From Pseudomonadota bacterium (GTDB lineage Bacteria > UBA10199 > 2-02-FULL-44-16 > DYJF01), in the NCBI GenBank assembly GCA_043823065.1, contig JBDRBB010000006.1, positions 128,001 through 192,000 on the forward strand: a DNA stretch of 64,000 bases. Direction: 5' to 3'. Below are positions 11,601 through 18,802 of the stretch, piece after piece. Under the pieces are notes generated by a model that saw only the letters and a list, made by a program, of their open reading frames with translations, did no database searches and was not told where the DNA came from. A program made the translations under genes and the position numbers. How positions within the stretch are numbered: the first letter of the stretch is position 1; each line of letters begins with the position of its first letter.

Positions 11601-11763
11601 CATGGCTTTAGCCATTGGCTGGGGCTTGCCAGTAGCTGCTATTGGTACCTTAACTGTAACACCTTGTTTTTACCGAATTGTAGAAGACCTACGAAAAGCA
11701 CTTAGCTGTCTTAAATGCTGGAAAAATAACAATAATCACAACGGGTTACAATCCCCCAGTTAG
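8608..11763 (+). CDS. RND (AcrB/CusA family) efflux permease
   Basis: 1051 aa, GMLVDDAIVVAEN, RLRPIFLTT, two large periplasmic loops. Confidence 0.95.
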   Translation: MRRIFEFSVKQPLFVNLLTLIVIVAGVMALFRLNREVFPNINLDLVVINTAYPGATPSEIEKSITIPIEKELKKVSDLKEITSVSLEGSSVIVVEIEPDAPNKNTVVNDIQRAADRAEDLPADLKDPPLVEEIQTRNQPIVTLSMSSQTLPEQEMVKYAQALETKLLDQPMVASVERYGWRDKEIWLEVDPEKAAKYYLSLAQIINVIKERNVNVSGGSIVSNGSEQLVRTSGEFDKSEDIKKIVLRANEQGNWVQVSDIATIKDTFEREKLITRTNGQPSINLIVVKKEHGDAIQMVKDVKQLALDFSASIAGLDITLVDDLSFYIKRRLNVLISNGWVGIILVIISLFFFLSSRIALVTAVGIPIAFLTTFVAMYIGGMTINLITMVGLIIVLGMLVDDAIVVAENVFRLYESGLPPAKAAVQGALEVWKPVTTSVFTTIAAFAPLMFMSGILGKFVMYVPIVVIIALLASLFEAFVILPSHLAEMERIPSIPFFSRFKKRRNSIEGRIDSIAELNGRILGWLLKRRYKVAGITLAIFGITLLLTLKVVPFILFPSRGIDAFFIRAKAPLGTSLQKTSDLVKVLEEKFKTAMPEGEMNDFVTYIGVQQQEPNDPGAKHGDHFAQISVYLKPHVDRNYDAVELIEILKEKNVSQVNGFEEITFEKVQPGPPVGKAVEVHVRGDDFKILEKLAEQIKEYLNTLPGVSEIKDSYEPGKDELQIIVDEQATSRAGLTIADVAQAVRASIDGAIATTIRKSDEEIDVRILYPDKLRYETNVLEKILIPNPNLRLIPLTAIAKFKKTPGVLGIHHRDRLRSITVSADVDQEQATSISVMKAVEKKFKNISTNHPGYVLTFGGEWEKTMQSLRDFGYALVVACLIIFLLLTFEFQSVIQPILIMFAIPYGLVGVSWAFLAHFEPASFLAIFGVVGLSGVVVNSSIVLIDFINKQRAEGLNIDEAIIKGTHIRLRPIFLTTATTVLGVLPVAYGIMGSDPFLKPMALAIGWGLPVAAIGTLTVTPCFYRIVEDLRKALSCLKCWKNNNNHNGLQSPS

Positions 11764-11893
11764 AGATTGAACACCCCTATTTTAGTCAGACGGAGCAAAA
11801 TTTTAAAAAAAACATTGAATGTTATCAGACAGTTATGTTAAGGGGTTTTGGCCTGAATCTTGCTATTATACGACATGATTAAAGGGGGTAATC

Positions 11894-12505
11894 ATGAAAT
11901 ATTTTGAACAAGTAAAAAGCAAATTTATTGATTTAGATGAGGTAACTGAAAAAGTGCATATAATAGATGATCAAATAGCAGCCAATTTTAAGAAAAGGTC
12001 TAAAATTATCATTTTTAGTTTCACTCTGGTTTTATACTTTTTGTTAGCTCCTCGTCTTTTTGGACAAATTGAACCAAAAGAGATTGAAGATCAAAGATTT
12101 TATAATTATCGAGGGTTAATTATAGAAGTAGCCAAAGAATTTGAAATATCACCTGCTTTGGTAGCAGCTACCATTAAGAGTGAGTCAAATTTCAGACCTT
12201 ATGTGGTTTCCTCAGCTGGAGCCAAAGGCTTAATGCAACTCATGCCTTCTACTGCACGTTTGCTTAAGGTAAAAAATATCCAGGATCCTGAAGATAATAT
12301 TCGCGGTGGAACAAAATATCTTAAACAACTTATCCAGGAATTTAACGGTAATGTAAGATTAGCTATTGCTGCTTATAATGCTGGGCCAGGTGCGGTTAGA
12401 AAACACGGGGAAGTACCACCTTATAAAGAAACCCAGCGTTATGTGGTAAAAGTTCTAAAATATACCAAAGAATTTAAAGAACATTTTATCAATTCTGAAG
12501 CTTAA
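11894..12505 (+). CDS. SLT-domain lytic transglycosylase
   Basis: ESNF, GAKGLMQLMP, AAYNAGPG, ETQRYV motifs; one N-terminal TM segment. Confidence 0.92.
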   Translation: MKYFEQVKSKFIDLDEVTEKVHIIDDQIAANFKKRSKIIIFSFTLVLYFLLAPRLFGQIEPKEIEDQRFYNYRGLIIEVAKEFEISPALVAATIKSESNFRPYVVSSAGAKGLMQLMPSTARLLKVKNIQDPEDNIRGGTKYLKQLIQEFNGNVRLAIAAYNAGPGAVRKHGEVPPYKETQRYVVKVLKYTKEFKEHFINSEA

Positions 12506-12507
12506 TA

Positions 12508-12538
12508 AAAAAGCCTCTGTCAATGACAGAGGCTTTTT
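12508..12538. terminator. Bidirectional intrinsic terminator
   Basis: AAAAAGCCTCTGTCA-A-TGACAGAGGCTTTTT between convergent genes. Confidence 0.85.
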
Positions 12539-12555
12539 GTATTAAACTTGCTAAG

Positions 12556-12864
12556 TTACCTACGCCACATCATAGAACTAGTCCAAACTATATTACGATC
12601 ATTACCTGTGCAGGCACATTCACCAGTTCCATAATCATAGGTATAGGAATCATAATTTTGACAACTATTACTGCATACTAAATCTCCCCACACACTACCT
12701 TCATTTTCAGCATTTCCACCATGCCACCATTCGCTTAACCACGATACTAATGGCTCTAAAACATCTGAGGTGTCTTGGCACTGTAAATATTCACCATGAT
12801 AGATATTTCGGTAACAATCTGAGTTGGTAGTCATAGTGTAAACTGTTTCTCCTGCTGCTTTCAT
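12556..12864 (-). CDS. Small Cys/Trp/Tyr-rich hypothetical protein (102 aa)
   Basis: Strong RBS AAAGGAGA before the ATG, terminator downstream, six Cys. Confidence 0.6.
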   Translation of the reverse strand: MKAAGETVYTMTTNSDCYRNIYHGEYLQCQDTSDVLEPLVSWLSEWWHGGNAENEGSVWGDLVCSNSCQNYDSYTYDYGTGECACTGNDRNIVWTSSMMWRR

Positions 12865-12997
12865 ATTATTCTCCTTTAAGATATGGCTTCTATTGAGTTA
12901 TAGAATTATAAACTATACAAAATAGCTGCCTAGTTAGTTAAAAATTTTTATTTAATTGTCGTGAATTCTATTTTTGAATTCTAAATTAGGGGCGCCA

Positions 12998-13111
12998 TTA
13001 GGCGCAAATAAATATGAGGCCTCTAAGGAGGAGGCTAATAAAGATGGGGGTAATGCTTGAGGTACTTACTTTTCCTGCTGCCGAGTGTGTTCCTGGATCA
13101 TAGTTCTTCAT
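12998..13111 (-). CDS. Putative 37-aa peptide MKNYDPGTHSAAGKVSTSSITPIFISLLLRGLIFICA
   Basis: Manual translation. RBS AGAAAGGAGA and an upstream TTGACA-N16-GATAAC promoter-like site. Confidence 0.4.
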   Translation of the reverse strand: MKNYDPGTHSAAGKVSTSSITPIFISLLLRGLIFICA

Positions 13112-13180
13112 CGTTCTAATTCTCCTTTCTTAAGCAACCTAGCACCATTACTAGGTTTGCCATTGATTAATGTTTTCACC

Positions 13181-13208
13181 GTTATCAAAAAAAACTTAAA
13201 AATGTCAA
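13181..13208 (-). promoter_or_regulatory. sigma70-like promoter for the two small ORFs
   Basis: Minus strand TTGACA-N16-GATAAC. Confidence 0.45.
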
Positions 13209-13265
13209 GAAAATCTTTTCAATACCATTTACAATTGGACTGCCTGCAATACCAATGATTTTCAT
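13185..13265 (-). pseudogene. Truncated 5' end of a flavodoxin-like/iron-sulfur flavoprotein gene
   Basis: AGGAG RBS and ATG reading MKIIGIAGSPIVNG..., resembling the MKxxGIxGSPR N-terminus of NADPH-dependent FMN reductases; stops after 26 codons. Confidence 0.45.
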
Positions 13266-13276
13266 AAAAAAACTCC

Positions 13277-14215
13277 TTATTTATTCTGTTCAAACAAAAC
13301 TTTTTGTCGCTTAGCTAAAACAGACAAATATTTTGTCTTCATTGCTGGGGAAAGATAACTACTTTCTATCAACTTGTTCCACTTAGGAATGACCTTTTCA
13401 ATTTGTTTCATAATTTCAAAGATAATCTCTTCGTTTAATTCAAGTCTTTGCCTAGCATAATATATTAAGAAATCATCTCTGGTTAAGTTAGTTTTTTTAC
13501 CATGCAAAGGCAGAGCAAGTTCTTCGCGTGGATTGGCTAAAGCTATTGTTGAATTAACAAAATCATATGCTGGCGCTAGTTTACTAACTTCATCAATTGT
13601 AATTAAAGAAAAATTTTTCAAATGCATATCTTCATTGCCAATCAGATAATTAAAAATAGTTCTCTTAAATAATTCGGCAAATTCAATCCTTGGAAATGAA
13701 CAATATCTTTTAATAAGCTCAGCAACTTTTTCCATAGAACTATTATATTTTGTTTCTCGCAACTCTCCTGCTAGCTGCGCAAAGTCCTCAACCGCAACTT
13801 TTCCCTTTCTACCCTTTCTGTCAAAGCGACGAATAAAATAGGTAAAACTACCATCTTTTGAATAAACAAGCCCATGAACTGGAGTTTCAATATCAATCAT
13901 TTCAGCAAGTGACATGGTCAAAGATTCATTTTCCGGAACCTCTGGAAAATCGCACTGGGGTTTAAGTATATATTGGCCATTTCTATCTACTATTTCAAAT
14001 CTACCTTCTTTGATTTTTAACACAGCACTGAGTTTTGGTTGTAAGCCTTGAATTGACATCTTACCTGCACGCGCCCCAGCTTCTATTCGTTGTTCCTGAG
14101 CAGTTAGCGGAAGCTCTTTCAAATTATCAAGATTACGCGCCAACAAATGTAGTCCTCGCTTGGAATATCTAACATTATTCTCAATTGGCTCCATGGTTAT
14201 TGGGCAGCGTTTCAT
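13277..14215 (-). CDS. HipA C-terminal kinase domain toxin (HipT-like)
   Basis: MSIQGLQPK P-loop, ILKP, GNEDMHLKNFS, LAPAYD. Confidence 0.92.
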   Translation of the reverse strand: MKRCPITMEPIENNVRYSKRGLHLLARNLDNLKELPLTAQEQRIEAGARAGKMSIQGLQPKLSAVLKIKEGRFEIVDRNGQYILKPQCDFPEVPENESLTMSLAEMIDIETPVHGLVYSKDGSFTYFIRRFDRKGRKGKVAVEDFAQLAGELRETKYNSSMEKVAELIKRYCSFPRIEFAELFKRTIFNYLIGNEDMHLKNFSLITIDEVSKLAPAYDFVNSTIALANPREELALPLHGKKTNLTRDDFLIYYARQRLELNEEIIFEIMKQIEKVIPKWNKLIESSYLSPAMKTKYLSVLAKRQKVLFEQNK

Positions 14216-14520
14216 TCGATCTCCTTAACTGTTACTGCACCAACTAAATCAGCGCCAACTGTTACCATCTGAGTAAAATAATCATACCTATCTATTTTGT
14301 AATTCTTTAACAAAGCTTCCAGCTCAAAACCCTCTGGCAGCAACCCATCAAAAAAAGGAGGAAATTTATTAAACTCATATACATTTTTATCTTTGGGCAT
14401 AGTTAAAGAAATTGGCTCTCCCTGATAGTCTTGGTCATAACTAAAACTAAACGTGGCATCATCTTTTTCCACCAAGATACCAGCTTGTTCCCCATTAACA
14501 AAAACTAGAGCCTTTTTCAT
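14212..14520 (-). CDS. Stand-alone HipA N-terminal domain protein (HipS-like)
   Basis: AGIL..FSFSY..PISLTMP, PPFFDGLLPEG, DLVGAV motifs. Confidence 0.9.
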   Translation of the reverse strand: MKKALVFVNGEQAGILVEKDDATFSFSYDQDYQGEPISLTMPKDKNVYEFNKFPPFFDGLLPEGFELEALLKNYKIDRYDYFTQMVTVGADLVGAVTVKEIE

Positions 14521-14750
14521 TATTCACTCCTTTTTGATTCTTGATTATTAATGAGAGGACTAACCAATTTTATTTCTATGTTTAAAATTTTAAAAACTTT
14601 TTGCAGGGTATTCAAGCGAACAGTTGTTTTACCATTTTCAATATCAAAGATAACGGTCTTACCTACTTCAGCAAGCTTAGCTAGTTCTTTTTGGGATAAG
14701 CCGCTTTTTCGGCGATGATATTTAACTGTCTCAGCTATATTTGTATTCAT
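14520..14750 (-). CDS. XRE-family HTH regulator (HipB-like)
   Basis: RRKSGLSQKELAKLAEVGKTVIFDIENGK. Start placed at ATG 14750 because the longer frame runs through an operator palindrome. Confidence 0.88.
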   Translation of the reverse strand: MNTNIAETVKYHRRKSGLSQKELAKLAEVGKTVIFDIENGKTTVRLNTLQKVFKILNIEIKLVSPLINNQESKRSE

Positions 14751-14766
14751 GTTTATTAATCCATAA

Positions 14767-14926
14767 TTACCGCTATAACGGTAAAATTTAGCATTCAATT
14801 ATTATTTTAAGCTATTTTTAGCGAATATACAATCTTTTTTACTGCTATAACAGTATTTTATGCTTAAAATTATTTATTTATCATTAATTTTCGATAAAAA
14901 ACTACATTTTTACCGCTATAGCAGTA
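14767..14926. promoter_or_regulatory. Three palindromic operators TAC(C/T)GCTATA(A/G)C(G/A)GTA, probably HipB-like binding sites
   Basis: Copies at 14767-14784, 14839-14855 and 14910-14926, spaced 72 and 71 bp. Confidence 0.75.
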
Positions 14927-14956
14927 TTTTTTATAAACATATCATGATAGAATTAT

Positions 14957-14985
14957 TAGCAACCTTTGCCAAAAATTGCCGATAA
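14957..14985 (+). promoter_or_regulatory. sigma28-like promoter motif, copy 1
   Basis: TAGCAAC-N14-GCCGATAA, 7 nt before ATG 14993. GCCGATAA is the FliA/SigD -10 consensus. Confidence 0.7.
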
Positions 14986-14992
14986 TCTAAAT

Positions 14993-17524
14993 ATGGGAGA
15001 CGGACAAGTTACCAGATTTGCCTTAATTATTAATGGCGACACTGAAGATAGGCATAGAGAAAATGTTGATCTAGCTATTAATGTCTTAAATTCCGATAAT
15101 ACTGACCAAGATTATCAAATCTTTGTTGCCAGTACGCACGAACAACAACCTGAAAACATAGATCGCTTTCTTGCTCCAACTGAAGCTAATATTTCCATTT
15201 TAATCCAAGAAATAGAAAATCAGATGGACGACGATGACGAGCTAGTTATCTACATCACAGGCCATGGTGATCAAGATGGAAGAGTTTGCCTGCCCAGTGG
15301 ATGCAATTCTACACTGCTTAATAGAATTTTGGACATGGGCGTCAGAGAAAATGCAGAACCAAATTATGGCCAACGCACAATCATTATGGATCAATGTTAT
15401 GGTGGAAATTGGCGCAATATTTTTCTAGATGACCCACGCACTTTATTTATTGCTGCTGGCCAAGCTGGTGATCAAACTTGTTGTAATAATTTTGCCCCCT
15501 ATTTCTGGGCAGCTAATGTAGATGATCAAAATAACGATGGACTTATAAGCTGGCAGGAACGATATGCCCACGTACACAATGCTGGGGGTGATTTAACTGC
15601 AGCCCAATTTCTAAGTTCAGCAAATTACATCCAACCTGGCCAAGCACCTTTTGAAACAAACCTTGTTCACCTAAGAGAAAACATGGAGCTTCCTGGAGCA
15701 AGAAGACAAGAACAAATGGAAGCTGAACTAAATGTTCAGCTAAGTCAACTTCAACCAGGTCAATATGCAATAGTTGCTTTTTCTCTTTCTGATGGTAGTT
15801 GCGAAGGTTGCACTGACTTTGAACCTCAATTGCAAGAACAGGTCAACCAAGCCCACGGGCAATACTTATTTATCCAATATGATAGCTGGGAAACACCAGA
15901 ACGTTTTTCAGAGTATGCTAATGTTAGACCAATGCTTGCCGCAGTGGACTATCAAGGGAATATTTACCCTATATTAGATAGAACAAACATAATTGCTGAA
16001 ATGAGCAACTGGTCTCTTTCCTTTGAACAACGTTGGGACTTAGCGCTTAGGGATTTGAACAGCAATAATATTGATAATTGTATAACTGGTCTGAGTCAAA
16101 TTTTATACTTAGCAGAAAAGCGTGAATTTAGACAGTTTATTAACACCGAACAACATTTAAGCTTGCTCAGACAGATTAGAAACTTTTTTCAACATGAAGA
16201 TGGAGAGATTGGCCGAAGGGCTATTATTACTTATACTAATTTGTTTGAACTGCTTGAGCCTTCTCCTAGAAGAACCTTGGAACTTGTGCAAGCAGCTTCA
16301 CTTATAGCTCAAATAAGTAGAGATAGATCATTAAATCAAGCCACCGGCATGATAGCATCCTCATATTTTCTTTCAATTTTCAATAATCGCACTATCAGAA
16401 ATGAATTAAGCAGCATGGATAGGTTGATTGACCACCCTAACCCTAATATACGTGAAGCCGTGGCTTGGGCCTACCCCTTTTTGGTTAATGGATTACCTTT
16501 TACTTCTTTACGAACTCCCTATGCTAGAAGAATGCGCCGTGAATTTAACCAAGCCGATGAAGCAGGTCTCATAACCAGACTTCTAATTTATAGCAGAATT
16601 GATTTTAGTAGCACTATTGAAAGCCATCAAGGGGCACCAATACTTCGAAGTTATATAAGACATAGCAATCCAGAAGTGAACAATGCAGCAATTAAAGCTT
16701 ATGCTCAAAGAATTTCTTCTATTAGAAATGAAAATGAAAGAAGAATGGGAATACGTGCTTTGATGAGTTCACTACAACAACCTAATCCAAATCGTTCTGT
16801 TCAAGCAACCCTATCAGCTTTTCAGGGTTTATCTAATCTGCGTAGTGAAATGACTAATCGAGATTTAGTAGAATATCTGGGCAGGCTAGTTACATTCATG
16901 AACTCCAATCAAGTTAACAGCCTTGATTATGATGAACTAGCTTATTATCGACTAAGAACTGCAATAATGGAAATTGAAGGACGAAATATTCCTCCATCTA
17001 GAACTCTATCAATTATTTTTCGCCGGGCAATACAAACACTAGAGAGTTATTCATTTGAGCATGTGAGTGAAGAGCGAGAACAATTCTTTTATTCTGAGAC
17101 GTATGAAGATGCTTTATCATATTATATTAACCATCTAATATCCTCACCTGAAGAGGCAATAAGAGCTAATAGTTTTTTTATGGAAGAAATTTCACAACAT
17201 TCCTTCTCAGGACAACTCTTGGAATTTATTCCACAGATTTACGCTTCATTTATAGAACAACACGGAGATATCCCTGAAATTAGAGATAGACTTGAGCGAA
17301 CTATTGGTATCTTATCTTATGGTTTATTATATCCAAATACGCGTCCAAGATTTGTCCTTTCGCCTAACTGTTTTGCCAGGCTACTTATCCAGTTAGAAGA
17401 TGATCGTTTAACACTTTTTTTAATAAACCTTATTCGAACAGATGTTGCAGAGACACGTGAAACTCTTGCTGAGTTAAACACACTTGCTCCTCAAAGAATT
17501 CAAAGGTTAGTAAATAATTTATAA
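14993..17524 (+). CDS. Caspase/legumain-like (clan CD) cysteine peptidase domain + EF-hand-like loop + thioredoxin-like CxxC + helical (HEAT-like) region; Lys-depleted orphan
   Basis: FALIING, LVIYITGHG and IIMDQCYGG (His-Cys dyad), DQNNDGLISWQE, CEGC. About 2 Lys in 843 aa. Confidence 0.7.
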   Translation: MGDGQVTRFALIINGDTEDRHRENVDLAINVLNSDNTDQDYQIFVASTHEQQPENIDRFLAPTEANISILIQEIENQMDDDDELVIYITGHGDQDGRVCLPSGCNSTLLNRILDMGVRENAEPNYGQRTIIMDQCYGGNWRNIFLDDPRTLFIAAGQAGDQTCCNNFAPYFWAANVDDQNNDGLISWQERYAHVHNAGGDLTAAQFLSSANYIQPGQAPFETNLVHLRENMELPGARRQEQMEAELNVQLSQLQPGQYAIVAFSLSDGSCEGCTDFEPQLQEQVNQAHGQYLFIQYDSWETPERFSEYANVRPMLAAVDYQGNIYPILDRTNIIAEMSNWSLSFEQRWDLALRDLNSNNIDNCITGLSQILYLAEKREFRQFINTEQHLSLLRQIRNFFQHEDGEIGRRAIITYTNLFELLEPSPRRTLELVQAASLIAQISRDRSLNQATGMIASSYFLSIFNNRTIRNELSSMDRLIDHPNPNIREAVAWAYPFLVNGLPFTSLRTPYARRMRREFNQADEAGLITRLLIYSRIDFSSTIESHQGAPILRSYIRHSNPEVNNAAIKAYAQRISSIRNENERRMGIRALMSSLQQPNPNRSVQATLSAFQGLSNLRSEMTNRDLVEYLGRLVTFMNSNQVNSLDYDELAYYRLRTAIMEIEGRNIPPSRTLSIIFRRAIQTLESYSFEHVSEEREQFFYSETYEDALSYYINHLISSPEEAIRANSFFMEEISQHSFSGQLLEFIPQIYASFIEQHGDIPEIRDRLERTIGILSYGLLYPNTRPRFVLSPNCFARLLIQLEDDRLTLFLINLIRTDVAETRETLAELNTLAPQRIQRLVNNL

Positions 17525-17568
17525 TAACCAATTCCACCCCCGCAGTAGAACAGGTTTACTCTTGCTAT

Positions 17569-17598
17569 CCAAACACCTGGGCGAAAAACATTTCAATT
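17569..17598 (-). repeat. Duplicate of the 3' end of the AMMECR1-family gene (direct repeat of 20659-20688)
   Basis: CCAAACACCTGGGCGAAAAACATTTCAATT versus CCAAACACCTGGGCGGAAAAGATTTCAATT, 28/30 identical. Confidence 0.8.
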
Positions 17599-17610
17599 CT
17601 AAATTACTCC

Positions 17611-18282
17611 TTATTCAAACACTTGAAAATTTTCAAATTCTTCTTTTACTAAAATTGCTCTAACAACTTTTTGTTCTGCTTTACTTAAATATTTATAGGC
17701 TGCTGAAAGATCTTGAAAATCTTTTTTTTCAATTAGCGCTTCCAAAAGGGATATTGCTGATTGTTTATCCTTATCTGCTTTAGCAACCTGCTTACGCTTG
17801 GAAGCTGCAATTACTTTTTGCAGGCAACAATCAGCTGGGTGAGGAAGTTTAACTTTAATTCCTGCCACATTTACCTGGATTGGGTCACGCCAAAGCATAG
17901 ATAAATGGCGTAATGGTTGAGCATTGAAATGTAGCTGTTTTAAGGGAAAAGGTTTATCTTTAGATCTACCAATCTCAGGGACTAAAAATTCAAGCATCAG
18001 CTCTTCGCTTTCCAACTTCATGTATCCTTTACCAAAAAATTCAATTTCAAATCCTAACGAAGACAATAGTTTTTCTAGATCAACTTCCTTAGGAAATTTT
18101 GGCCTAGCTGGAACAAGAAAATCTATGTCTCGAGTTTTAATTCTTGGATAATAATTTATCCCTTTAAAATAATCTTTATAGAAATATATGCACCAACTTC
18201 CAATCAGCAAAACCTGGCTAAGAATGCCCTCTTTTTCCAATTTTTTTAGAATTTCTACAACTAATTTATTCTGTCTTTCCAC
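17611..18282 (-). CDS. Nucleotidyltransferase-fold protein (GSU2403-like), putative toxin/Abi component
   Basis: LLIGSW...TRDIDFLV NTase motif, C-terminal K...R..K..KD pattern. Confidence 0.75.
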   Translation of the reverse strand: MERQNKLVVEILKKLEKEGILSQVLLIGSWCIYFYKDYFKGINYYPRIKTRDIDFLVPARPKFPKEVDLEKLLSSLGFEIEFFGKGYMKLESEELMLEFLVPEIGRSKDKPFPLKQLHFNAQPLRHLSMLWRDPIQVNVAGIKVKLPHPADCCLQKVIAASKRKQVAKADKDKQSAISLLEALIEKKDFQDLSAAYKYLSKAEQKVVRAILVKEEFENFQVFE

Positions 18283-18580
18283 GCAAAGCCCTTTCTAAAA
18301 CTTTCTTCTGAGCTCTAATGCTTTTTAGTTTTTCTTTGAGTTTTTTTCGTTTTGCCACAAGCGATTTATAATAAGCAATATCCTCGTCCGTAACAGCACC
18401 TATATATCGCTGTTTTACCTTACCCACTTCACGATAAGTAAAATACCCATATTTTCTATCTCTAATTTTTCGGACAATAAAGCTACCTTGAGGAAATTCA
18501 GTTAGCTCTTGGGAATATTTCTTTTCCAAGCGCTTAACTGTGGCTAATTCTTCCTTTAATGTTGATAATAATATATTCAT
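18266..18580 (-). CDS. Small basic protein coupled to the nucleotidyltransferase (putative antitoxin/regulator)
   Basis: Overlaps the NTase start; GSFIVRKI..YGYFTYR..KVKQRYIG. Start placed at ATG 18580, adjacent to operator-like inverted repeats. Confidence 0.65.
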   Translation of the reverse strand: MNILLSTLKEELATVKRLEKKYSQELTEFPQGSFIVRKIRDRKYGYFTYREVGKVKQRYIGAVTDEDIAYYKSLVAKRKKLKEKLKSIRAQKKVLERALRGKTE

Positions 18581-18684
18581 TACACTACATTTATTTGTTT
18601 TTACTTTTTGTAGTGTAATGAAATTTAACCAATGAGTCAATTAAAATTACACTACAATTTTATAAAACAGCCATTTGTAGTATA
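18578..18684. promoter_or_regulatory. Two inverted-repeat operator pairs (ATTACACTACA...TGTAGT(G/A)TAA)
   Basis: CATTACACTACA at 18578 with TGTAGTGTAATG at 18609; ATTACACTACAA at 18646 with TTGTAGTATAA at about 18675. Confidence 0.65.
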
Positions 18685-18763
18685 ACCAAAAACTATCAAA
18701 TCTGGAGTTCTTTCGCCTTTAGGACTCAGGATTGCCCTGAAAATGCAAAAATTTACATTTTCA

Positions 18764-18792
18764 TAGCAACTTTCGCCCCAAATTGCCGATAA
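18764..18792 (+). promoter_or_regulatory. sigma28-like promoter motif, copy 2
   Basis: TAGCAAC-N14-GCCGATAA, 10 nt before ATG 18803. Confidence 0.7.
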
Positions 18793-18802
18793 TTAAGATG
18801 CT

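Noticed and set aside
14767..14926. Regularly spaced repeats as a CRISPR mini-array
   Set aside because: Only 17-18-bp palindromes, three degenerate copies, AT-rich spacers, no cas genes; the position fits toxin-antitoxin operators.
14966..14992. TTG start giving an 852-aa protein
   Set aside because: It falls inside the conserved promoter motif; ATG 14993 matches the spacing seen at the other two motif copies.
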